Below, piece after piece: positions 55,072 to 64,000 of a DNA stretch of 64,000 nucleotides. The notes under the pieces were generated by a model, which did not search any database, was not told where the DNA came from, and saw only the letters and a list, made by a program, of their open reading frames with translations. Within the stretch, counting starts at the first letter, position 1. Each line of letters opens with the position of its first letter. The position numbers were made by a program, and so were the translations under genes. This stretch comes from Diplonema japonicum (lineage: Eukaryota; Protista; Euglenozoa: Diplonemea), in the NCBI GenBank assembly GCA_964019335.1, contig OZ025705.1, positions 124,001 to 188,000 on the forward strand, in the 5' to 3' direction.

Positions 55072-56591
55072 TTATTTTACTTCGGTGGCAATGAGTTTCC
55101 TGTGGGGTATTTCTTTTTTTTTTCTTCCCTTTCTCCATATATACCCGGTATTCATCCTGACCAATCTGTTGATCTCAGCAATGACAAGAAGGGACTCGAC
55201 AGAATCCTTGGTAGAGATGGCGAGCTGCGACTGTATTTATATATGGGTAAAATTCAAAATAGGGGTACAGAATTTAGCCCTTTTTTGGATTTGGCCATAA
55301 AATGACCTAAGGTGAGGAAGAACACCTCACGGTTGTCACCAAAACCACTCTGTGGGCCCATTCTTGGGTGTCAACAGTGATAGGCGCACGTATTTTGGGA
55401 ATACTTCCCTGTTTTTGTTGAACATATGGTGCGACTCTGGGAAACACTTCCAAAGCCAGGTCGTCGCATCCTTTTTCCTTCTAATGGACTTAAAAACGAG
55501 ATGCAGGTGTTTGGATACCCCTTAATCACGGCCATACCCTCCTATTCGGTCACGAAGAGACCCAAGAGAGCGATAGCAAAACTTCCTTTTGCAGGTTCGT
55601 CTGAAGGTCTGCCTATCTCCACTACTACCACCAGTGTTCAGGTGAAGCACGATGTAAGGGTCAGCACAAAACTCCTGGAAGACTCCCCAGATGAAGATGA
55701 CGAAGATAGTGGCAGTGATAGTGACGATTCTTCGACGGACGCGCAAGAGGGAAAAAAAGTGTGTTCACCCATTTTAGTGGTTCTCCCACCCCCCCCACTT
55801 GGTTCCTAGGGGGTCTGTGATGGCGAAAACCACCCAGAAACACCTCGGGAGGGCGTGGAAAGACATCAGGGCTCAATCCAGGGCTAAATTCTGTACCCCT
55901 ATTTTGAATTTTACCCATATATTTATTTCTATTTTTCTAAAAAAAAAAAAAAAAAAATCGTTTTGCAACACACCTGTCCATCGTTAAAACAAATTAACAA
56001 TGAGGTTGGGCTCGATTCTTTTCGCTGGATTCCCTGAAGAGCGCTAAAGAGGCACTTCGAGACCAACACGCTTTCAGAAGGCTGTGGAAGCTTCGCTACT
56101 CGAAAGGCAGTAGTCGAGAGTATGAGGAGGTGCGGTGTCGTGTCTGCACCCACAGTCACGAACAAATGAAATTGATAAATCTCCGGGGCGGGGATGAGAG
56201 TTGCCTCAAGCCTCTCGTGCCAGTAGTTGGTCAGAAGAGATTTGAATGTCAGAACCCAGTCATCTCTGTCGCCTTCGTTGTCAACTTGCAGTTCCCGGCA
56301 AGCTAGCTTAGGATGCCCTCCTTCCTTCCCGTTGAACCACCATACCATCAACCTCTTCGGGTTCGCTACGCATTTTTCCACAGAATGGATTGTGTTGTAC
56401 TCTTCCTTCCACGCTACCTTCTCGCTGTCATGGTGTATTTTGAACCACATCCCTGAGCACAGTGCGTAGTCCCACTTCGCCTCTTTCCCCCCGATCTTTA
56501 TCTTCGTCATCAGACCCCCTTTCACAAGCACGGCGTCGCGCACAGAAGGCACCGTGGACAGGTTCCGGGGTTGAACCACACCCTCTGTCAT
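55072..56591 (-). CDS. tandem PH-like domain protein, 3 exons, ~243 aa
   Basis: PH helix NEGDRDDWVLTF. Exons 56591-55974, 55230-55145, 55099-55072; intron 55231-55973 (contains TIR element) and phase-2 intron 55100-55144; ends ...RMNTGKLIATEVK*. Confidence 0.7.
55239..55922. mobile_element. non-autonomous DNA transposon (~680 bp) with perfect 43-bp terminal inverted repeats, inside an intron
   Basis: ATATATGGGTAAAATTCAAAATAGGGGTACAGAATTTAGCCCT (55239-55281) is the exact reverse complement of 55880-55922; internal + strand ORF 55426-55809. Confidence 0.9.
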
Positions 56592-56931
56592 CTTTTTTTT
56601 TTTTTTTGTTTCCCCCCCTTTTTTTTTCCCAAACGATGTCGGAGGAACAAAAAAAAAAATACTACTTTTTTTTTCCCATTTTTTTATTCTTCTTTTGCTT
56701 TCTTTTTTTTTTTTGTCTTTGCCGGATACTAGAAGGGAAAAAAAAAGAAACAAAATTATAGAAAGAAGGGGCAAAAAAGAGGGGGGGGGGGGGGAATCTC
56801 TCACAGGTTTTTAGAAAAGAAGAAAAAAAAACCCCCCTCCACAATACCCAAAAAAAAGTAGGTCCTTTGGGGCACTTATGCATAGCTCCGTTTCTCTTTT
56901 TTTTTTTTCCCTTTCTTTTTTCTTTCCCGTT

Positions 56932-59900
56932 TTAAGGTTTTGTGAAGATGGGCTGCAAGTGTGGCACCACCTTCGACGCGAGAGAGTGCTGGATAGAAAA
57001 GGACTGCGGCTGTTCTTTCTTGAGCCTCCCGCCAGGGAGGAAGGTGACATGCTTGTGGCGGAGCTGCTCATTGATGGAATGCTTGCTATGCGGTGACATC
57101 AGAGTCCCGTCCACCGAGAGCTTGGTGAGGGCAACGTTGGCAGCGATAGCAGCGGCCAGCTGCGTCGACCCCACGTCGGTGATGTTGGTGTTGCTTAGAT
57201 TAATGGCCGTCAATGCGTTATTACACACCATCAAGCTGGCCACCTCCTCGGCGGTTCTGTCGCCGACAGAGGTCCCTGAAAGGTCCAGCTCCCTCACGTA
57301 TGTGTTGTACTTCAACGCATGCAGCAGCGGCTTCACATCTGAGTCTCGAATTTCCATACTGTTGGTCCTAACCCTGTTCACTACGGGGTCGTTCAGCGCT
57401 ATTTGGTGTGTCAAAGATGTGAGCCCTGTGCTGTCCGACGAGACGTGTATGCATCCATTCTCCCCTCCGGAAAACCTCACTGCCGACAACGGTGACTTCC
57501 CCGCAGCAGGCGGGAGCAGCGGCGGTGGAATGGCCCGCTCCTTTCCGAACAGCGACCTCACGTAGTTCCTCGGGACGTTGTGAATGGAATCTCCAAGGTT
57601 GATGTTGATGGTCTCGATGGAGGTGTCGTCTGCACGTGCCGGCGAGCGGGGATGCTTCCGCAGAGCATTCAACGGTCTTAGCTTCGAGTCCAGCATGCAC
57701 GTTGCCAGCAGTTCAATCCCTGCTCTTTGAGATGCTTCTTGTATGAACAGCTCTGCAAATTCCCGCCTTCCATGCAGTCTCATGAGGAGGCCCGTCCATT
57801 CTTCGGCGCCTGCCATGCTGGTGGCGATGCCCGTAAACGAGCCTGTTCTGCTCATCTGGTGTGTAAATCTCTCCTCGTCGACCTCCCTGACAAGATCCTC
57901 CTCCACGCGTGATAGGAGCTCCCTTGCGCGTCGCTTTTTTTCCTTTGTTGCCGTCTTGCACTTCCATCCATCCTTGATTCTGTTTGCAGCAAACACGCTC
58001 TGATCCTCGTCCATTCCAGACACGAACTCTTTGTACTCCACAAGCCGTTTTGCGTCGTCTCGTTTTGCCTCTTGTAGCTTCTCCTGGATCGCTTCCATCC
58101 CAGTTTGGCGCTGGTAGTCAATGGACCATCGCTCTGCCTTCTCGTTCCTGAAGAACCCGGACGAGATGACGATGTTGATCTTCCTCGTGAGGAGTCGCAG
58201 CTCGCACTGGTGCTGCAGCTGCGGGCGGGCCTTCTTCCAATTCTTTTGGATGATCTCCGCGCACCTGTTGTGGACCTCCTCTAGCCCCTTCGCCACGACG
58301 GTGGACCTTTCTATACATCCCCTGCCCACCTTTTGCAACAGGGCGCATCGCTTTTCTGCCGAGCGATACATCACCGCGACACGCATTCTGGCGACGCCCC
58401 CCATCACCATGCTATGGATCACAGACGAGGCTTCTTCCCGGAAACGGATCTCGAGGCGTGCCTGTCGTGCTTGGTACTGCGCGTGCTTTCGTGCTTTCCT
58501 TGCCAGGTGGACTCTGTAGTTGGACTGTATCATAAGCGCTGCTGCGTCACGCTGGCGGTTGGCGACGCTGGCCTCTTTTTCGTCACGGATGCCTTGTGCC
58601 TCGCGCCTCCCCAAGATACCCCTGTAAACTCGGGATAGAGTGGTGGCCATTTCCGTGCGTGTTTTTCGTATAGCGCCCACCTTCAGCCTCGCGAGAAAAC
58701 CTCTTGCTGCCCTTGTGAGCTCCAAGGCTGCCCCGTCGATGAACATCTGGTCCCATGCGACGTCACGTTCCCGTTGCAACGGCCGCGTGACGTCACGTCT
58801 TGTTAACATGGACCTGCAACCCGCTTGTATCTTCGTAGCTGCCATCTCTCTTCGCTCTGCTTCTCGTTGTTTTTTCTTTAGCACGGTCTTTGCTTGTCTT
58901 GATCGCTCATTTCTCTGAACCACCAAGCTGGCTATCCGCCGCCTCTCTGCCAACTCTTCGCTGGCTCTGATCCTTCTGCGCCGTCTGATCTCCTCTCGTG
59001 CTTGAAGGCTCTTTACGTTTCGCTGGATGACACTCGCAGCACGTTGCTGTGACAGTCGCCCCCTCACCATGCACCCTCGCGACGTTCTTTGCAGGAACGC
59101 AACAGCTTGTTTTCTTTCTTTTAATGTCCTCGCCTCGTGGCGCCCCGTCCTGCCTCTGAACCAGGACTGGATGATAGTGGCTGTCTCGTTGTTCAACCCC
59201 GCCTCCTTGTCAGCGGACGCAGCAGCCAGTAGAATCCTGAATTCGGCTCTGGCCTTGCAACCCTTGTAAAAGGCGGCTATTAAGTTCGCTGACTTCCTTC
59301 TTCTTTCCGTCTCGGTGGCTTCGAATATCACCCTGTCCTCCAGCTCGGTGATCGATTCTGTCACGCGTCTCTCCTGCCGCATCCGTGTCACGACGCACTC
59401 TGCGCTGTGCTGCCTCCACAGTTGCTGTATCTTCTCAGCCGAGTGGTTCAAGAACCTCTCCTCTTCTACATACATCTGGGCAACAAGGGCGTCTCGTATC
59501 ACCTTCCGTGCTACACGACGGGCCACCGTTTCCCTCCTTGCAAAACGGACCCGATACATACGCTGCATCGTGGCAGACGCTTCGTTTTCGACTTTTGCTT
59601 TGTACAGAGCGCGGCGTTTCTCTTTCATGTGACTTAGATGCTCCATTGCGCTGCGACGGCCTACAGCGCCCTTCATTCTGGGCACGATTCGCGTGGTCAT
59701 CATGAGCTTGGTTGTACGGTGCGCGTCGCTCAGGAAGCTTCTTGAGACAGACGCCCTCCCAACCCTTTGCAGGGTTTTGATGAGCTTGACCACTTTCTTC
59801 CGCATGTTGGTGTGCATGACAGCAAGGGAGTGCCTTGCGAAGGTTGTGAGCAGGGTAGCACGTCGATTCATACGTAGGTGAGATGTGTAGGTTTTCGCAG

Positions 59901-60723
59901 TGTGGCACTTGTAGGCTTGTTGGATGTACGAAGCTGCTTCATGCCTGCGAACGGCACCGAGAGCCTCTCGGTGGGCACGCAGCTTTGCATTAAGGTGCTT
60001 CTGTGCTTGTGCGGTTTTGAAGAAGTTCTGCACAACGAGGGCGCTCTCACTGAGCAGAACAGCGTGGCGGGTTGCGTTGCGCTGGCGGCGACGGAGAGAA
60101 GTTTTGTACCATGCCTGAATGAGCAGGGCAGAGGAGTCTCGGCGAGCAAGATGCATACGTACACGGTGGCACCGCCATGCGGATTGAATCGAGAGGACAG
60201 CTTCTTGCTGCCTGACGGACGTGAGGGATGCAACTCGCATGGAGCGGAGGACTGAAGTGTGCCGGCGGGAACGGCAGCTTCTGAAGAAGCACTGGAGAGT
60301 TGTTGCGGCTTTAGGGCGGCGTGTGTTGCGCTTGGCTTTTGTTGCCCTCCACTTCAGTTGGATGGCCACTGCGGCCCATCCTCTTTCCGCCGACATTGTC
60401 GCCTCCAGGTCCCGGGTCCTCTCTCTTCTTAGTTCTTTAGTTCTTTTCGTGGCACGCCACATCTTTTGGATCACCGTCACAAGTTCGATTCTGCATTCCC
60501 ACGCCTCCCTCTGCAACGAGAGTTCTCTGCACACTCTTCTCACAGTTGCCTCTTCCCTCCCTTTCACGCTTCTCCATTTGGTTTGTATTGTCAATGCCGC
60601 TTCATTCTCTATCTTAGCTGACACCATAACAGGCAGAGACCGAGGGAGGGGAGAACCCCCCCTGGACGACCCGCCTTTTTGCTCTGTTGTGGTTTGGGGA
60701 GTGGTGTTCTCAACAAGATACAC
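56932..60723 (-). CDS. multi-IQ-motif (calmodulin-binding) coiled-coil protein with C-terminal RNI-like LRRs; 5' end uncertain
   Basis: Many IQxxxRGxxxR-like motifs; LRRs ALKYNTYVRELDLSGTSVGD, NNALTAINLSNTNITDVG. The ORF begins at GTG; first ATG is at 60627. Confidence 0.8.
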   Translation of the reverse strand: MYLVENTTPQTTTEQKGGSSRGGSPLPRSLPVMVSAKIENEAALTIQTKWRSVKGREEATVRRVCRELSLQREAWECRIELVTVIQKMWRATKRTKELRRERTRDLEATMSAERGWAAVAIQLKWRATKAKRNTRRPKAATTLQCFFRSCRSRRHTSVLRSMRVASLTSVRQQEAVLSIQSAWRCHRVRMHLARRDSSALLIQAWYKTSLRRRQRNATRHAVLLSESALVVQNFFKTAQAQKHLNAKLRAHREALGAVRRHEAASYIQQAYKCHTAKTYTSHLRMNRRATLLTTFARHSLAVMHTNMRKKVVKLIKTLQRVGRASVSRSFLSDAHRTTKLMMTTRIVPRMKGAVGRRSAMEHLSHMKEKRRALYKAKVENEASATMQRMYRVRFARRETVARRVARKVIRDALVAQMYVEEERFLNHSAEKIQQLWRQHSAECVVTRMRQERRVTESITELEDRVIFEATETERRRKSANLIAAFYKGCKARAEFRILLAAASADKEAGLNNETATIIQSWFRGRTGRHEARTLKERKQAVAFLQRTSRGCMVRGRLSQQRAASVIQRNVKSLQAREEIRRRRRIRASEELAERRRIASLVVQRNERSRQAKTVLKKKQREAERREMAATKIQAGCRSMLTRRDVTRPLQRERDVAWDQMFIDGAALELTRAARGFLARLKVGAIRKTRTEMATTLSRVYRGILGRREAQGIRDEKEASVANRQRDAAALMIQSNYRVHLARKARKHAQYQARQARLEIRFREEASSVIHSMVMGGVARMRVAVMYRSAEKRCALLQKVGRGCIERSTVVAKGLEEVHNRCAEIIQKNWKKARPQLQHQCELRLLTRKINIVISSGFFRNEKAERWSIDYQRQTGMEAIQEKLQEAKRDDAKRLVEYKEFVSGMDEDQSVFAANRIKDGWKCKTATKEKKRRARELLSRVEEDLVREVDEERFTHQMSRTGSFTGIATSMAGAEEWTGLLMRLHGRREFAELFIQEASQRAGIELLATCMLDSKLRPLNALRKHPRSPARADDTSIETININLGDSIHNVPRNYVRSLFGKERAIPPPLLPPAAGKSPLSAVRFSGGENGCIHVSSDSTGLTSLTHQIALNDPVVNRVRTNSMEIRDSDVKPLLHALKYNTYVRELDLSGTSVGDRTAEEVASLMVCNNALTAINLSNTNITDVGSTQLAAAIAANVALTKLSVDGTLMSPHSKHSINEQLRHKHVTFLPGGRLKKEQPQSFSIQHSLASKVVPHLQPIFTKP

Positions 60724-61008
60724 TAAATAATAAAAGAATCAACTGAGAAATAAAAGAAAAGAGGATACTCTGAATCAAGGGTGGATCAAATATCCACCGC
60801 TCGACATTCGTACCTCTTGCGCCCATAATGGACCAGCTAGAGATGAGGTAGAGAAAGAACTAGACCACATGAAAGTGAAAGAATCACTCCGATTGTGGTA
60901 GACAATGTTTGCATTCGGATTTTCTTTTTTTTTTTTTTTTTGTTTTTTTTTTTCCCTTTTCTTTCATTTCTTTTTTCAAAGCCCCTTTAAACTTTTCTCT
61001 TCACACAT

Positions 61009-61317
61009 TCAGAGCTTTGTCGCGACCACAGCCTTGATCTTCCCATCCTCTATGGTGAAGGTTTCCTTCGCCTTCAGCGTGAGGAGCAGCATCTTCGCCT
61101 TCATCGTGCGGGTGAACTGCTTCCCGTCGGCGGACGCTTCGGGCTCCGAATGCCCGTAGAAGTCAGGCATGTTACTCAGAAGCTGCTTCCTCAAGGCCCC
61201 CTTCCCATTCGCCTCAAACTTCGGGTTCTTGAAGTGCACGTCTTCCGTCATCAAGCTCAGCATCCCGTCAACGTCCTTCGACTTCGTGAACTTCGTGTAC
61301 TGCGCGATAACCTCCAT
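61009..61317 (-). CDS. SnoaL/NTF2-like small protein, copy 2
   Basis: Protein identical to 31589-31897. Confidence 0.8.
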   Translation of the reverse strand: MEVIAQYTKFTKSKDVDGMLSLMTEDVHFKNPKFEANGKGALRKQLLSNMPDFYGHSEPEASADGKQFTRTMKAKMLLLTLKAKETFTIEDGKIKAVVATKL

Positions 61318-61676
61318 GTTTGCGATTGGTGTTTGTGGGGCTGCAGATGGGGGTGGGGGGGTTTGCATTTAAAGAATGCTTTTGCTGCCAAAAAATAAAA
61401 TAAATGAATAAAAGTAAAACCAGGGGGGGTAAGTACCTCACTCTTGCTTGTGACGAGGGGGAAGGGTGGGTGGGGGGTAGAAACTATATAAAAAGAGGGC
61501 TGCAAAAGCCGTAGCTGTTGCTATCCACTCTTTCTCTTGTTTCAAAAAAAATCAAAGATAAGTTTAAAGACGGGGAAGAGGAGGGACTCTTTCCTCCTCG
61601 AAAAAACAACTTTTTTATCTACAATTGCGGGGGGGGGGGGGGGGGATAAAGAAAAAGAAAAGGGCACAGAGAGGGC

Positions 61677-61955
61677 TTATTTCCCAGGGAACTGAGCGTT
61701 CTTCTGCTGCTCAAGGAGTTCCTGGAACTTCTGCTTGAAGTGAGCGGAGTGGTCCCTCATCTTCTTGTTGAACTTGTCGGTGTGCTCCTTGATCATCTTC
61801 TCGAACTTGTCGTAGTGCTCCTTCATCTCAGGCGACAGGGTCGACTCGTCGGGCTTGTCCGCGAAGAACTTCTTGTTCTGCTCCTCCATCTTCTTGCTGA
61901 ACTCGGCATCGAGGCGGTCGAGCTTGTCGCTGAACTCCTGGTACGTGGTGCACAT
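61677..61955 (-). CDS. KMP-11: kinetoplastid membrane protein 11, copy 2
   Basis: Protein identical to 32257-32535. Confidence 0.97.
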   Translation of the reverse strand: MCTTYQEFSDKLDRLDAEFSKKMEEQNKKFFADKPDESTLSPEMKEHYDKFEKMIKEHTDKFNKKMRDHSAHFKQKFQELLEQQKNAQFPGK

Positions 61956-63186
61956 CTTTCTTTTTTTTTTTCTCTTTTTTTTGGGGGAATGATATAACAT
62001 GTAAGTAAAAAAAATTTAAAAAAATAAAAAATTCGAAGATCTTCAGTTGGCAGGGAGGTGCTCACTGCAAAAAGAAAATAATAACAGAGCGTTACGTTGC
62101 CCAAGCATCCCGGGTGCGGGACAGACGAAAGAAAGGGAAACAAAAAGAAAACATAAAAGAGAGAGGGGAAAAAAAAAAAAAAAAACAAGTGCTGAAGTAG
62201 AATAAACTTTCTTCTTCTTATTTTTTATTTGAAAAAAGATAGCCCGAGGACTCAGGGTGAAGATCTTTTTCCTTTTTTTTTAAAACGAGAAAGAAAATAT
62301 CATTTCTTTTTTTTTTTTTTAAATACTTACTCTATTCTCTTCAGTAGAATAATATAATAGTTAAAAAAATAAAAAAGAAACTAAAAAATAAAAATGAAAT
62401 CGGTGTAATCCTTGATATCTCTGATGTTCTTCCCAGAATTTTATCTTGTGCCCAAATCTCGAAAAAGAACAAGCTTCGACTTTAAATTTTAATTCTAGTA
62501 AAACCTTTGGGCTCAACTTTCCAGGGAACACCTCCGAGACATGATAAGTACAGCCCATCCCTCAAAAGAGAAAAGAAAGAAAAAACAAAAAAAAAAAAAA
62601 CATTTAACAGCAGCCCAATTCCTTTCTAGTAGATTTCAGGCCAGACCATCCAGCATCCGAGAGTAGTAGTAAAGGGTGAAGCTACTGTAGAAAAGAGGAA
62701 GAAAAAGTTAAGAAGAAATTCTTTCATTGATCTCATAAGTTGTGTTAAAAAAGCAAAAAAGAAAAAAGAAATAAAAAGGTAAGTAAGTGATTTGTTCAGC
62801 ACTCTTGCCCTAACAAAAGAAACCTTTGTAAAGAGACAAAAGAATTTTTGTAGGGCTGTCAATCCATCTTTTTCTAAAGAGAAAGCAAAAACAGAGCACA
62901 AGAGGCTGAACAACTTACTGGATTAAACAAAATAAAGGAGGGAAAGGGGAAGAGAAAACACAACCTGGAATGCAATCGATGGGGAAAGGAGAAGTAAGTA
63001 TTATAGGAGTATTTCTTCTTTTTTTTTAAAATAAAAAGCTTGTTGCATAAAATATTATCTTTTGAGTGGCTAAACCCCATAAAAGACCGTTCTTCATGGG
63101 TCCTACAACTTCCTAGAGAGAGAGAGAGGAAGAAAAACCAAAAATAAACCAGATTTTCAGAAAAGTGATGTCGGTTATCTTCAGCA

Positions 63187-64000
63187 TCAGTGGGTGTCAA
63201 CAGGGCAGGCCTCCACAGGGGTCACACCAGTGCAGGTCCCGTCGTTTCCAATCACACACTTCTGGCAACACCCGTAGCAGCTGCCAGGAGCCTTGGGGCA
63301 GTCCAAGCTGGCACACTTCAGCCACTTGTTGCAACCTGTGCAGGCATCGCCCACGCACGGGTTGAACTCACAGTTGTTCTTCGGATTCCTCGAGACGTAC
63401 TTCCCGTTGGGGCACAGCTTCGCATCCAGAGGGCACACAGGGGAAGAGGGGCACTTCGGGAACTCACAGTTGTTGGCGGGGTCCCTCGAGACGGAGCTGC
63501 CGTCGGGGCAGATGAAGGCATCAGCAGTGCACACCCTCTTCGAGCACCCGCACTTCGTGCAACCACAGCCATCAACCACACATTCCTCGTCAGCGGCACA
63601 CCCGCCGTTGGCCGGTGTGGTGCAGGGGTTCACAAGGCAGTTGATTTGTTCCACACACTTCCCGTCACAGTTCTTGCACTGACCCTTCGAGCAGGTAGGG
63701 CACTCGCGGAATTCACAGTTGTTCTTGGGGTCCCTCGAGACAAACGAACCGTCAGGGCACAGCTTTGCATCCTGGGTGCAGTACACAACAGGGCACTCGG
63801 GGAACTCACAGTTGTTCTTGGGGTCCCTCGAGACGAACGAGCCATCAGCACATTCCCTGACATCCAGAGGGCAAACAGGGGAAGAGGGGCACTTCGGGAA
63901 CTCACAATTGTTCTTGGGATCCCTCGAGACGGACGAACCGTCAGGGCACAGCTTTGCATCCTGGGTGCAGTAGTGGGTGTCAACAGGGCAGGCCTCCACA
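63187..64000 (-). CDS. cysteine-rich repeat surface/secreted protein, 3' part (runs off the window)
   Basis: Five copies of C-x2-D-x3-C-[PA]-[DN]-G-x2-VSR[DN]P-x-NNCEF-x2-C; VEACPVDTH recurs 783 nt apart. Confidence 0.8.
   Translation of the reverse strand, partial: VEACPVDTHYCTQDAKLCPDGSSVSRDPKNNCEFPKCPSSPVCPLDVRECADGSFVSRDPKNNCEFPECPVVYCTQDAKLCPDGSFVSRDPKNNCEFRECPTCSKGQCKNCDGKCVEQINCLVNPCTTPANGGCAADEECVVDGCGCTKCGCSKRVCTADAFICPDGSSVSRDPANNCEFPKCPSSPVCPLDAKLCPNGKYVSRNPKNNCEFNPCVGDACTGCNKWLKCASLDCPKAPGSCYGCCQKCVIGNDGTCTGVTPVEACPVDTH

Larger units (their letters stand above)
60775..61970. repeat. ~1.2-kb segmental duplication, copy 2
   Basis: Direct repeat of ~31385-32550. Confidence 0.95.

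Noticed and set aside
62200-63186. AT-rich block with short ORFs, possible transposon relic
   Set aside because: No TIR/LTR or transposase/RT motif seen.
1-64000. CRISPR arrays, tRNA, rRNA, SL RNA genes, alternative genetic code
   Set aside because: No repeat-spacer array, cloverleaf, rRNA or SL-like sequence recognised. All three stop codons terminate genes and conserved proteins translate normally.

Overview
Eukaryotic nuclear DNA, almost certainly euglenozoan. The best guess is a diplonemid: there are two KMP-11 genes, all ~30 genes lie on the minus strand as one directional cluster, GT-AG spliceosomal introns are frequent, and there is a fused LeuC-LeuD and a PTS1-tagged FBPase. The ORF track fragments several genes. 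Manual splicing through 18 predicted introns (17 of 39-69 nt, one expanded by a TIR element) rebuilds transportin, SLY1, a PH-AGC kinase, a PPR protein, a PH-like protein and a ~1380-aa protein joining a USP deubiquitinase to a C-terminal RING-H2 finger. The most unusual signal is the splicing grammar: many introns end in poly(A)/purine runs instead of a polypyrimidine tract (extreme cases GTATAC-A37-G and the fold-back GTAAG-T27-AC-A24-G), 16 of 18 are phase 0, and A-rich tracts also precede nearly every start codon. Intergenic DNA is saturated with homopolymers and carries two orientation-locked short repeat families, an orphan duplicated exon and a ~1.2 kb duplication (SnoaL-like gene + KMP-11). 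All splice calls are predictions from sequence only.
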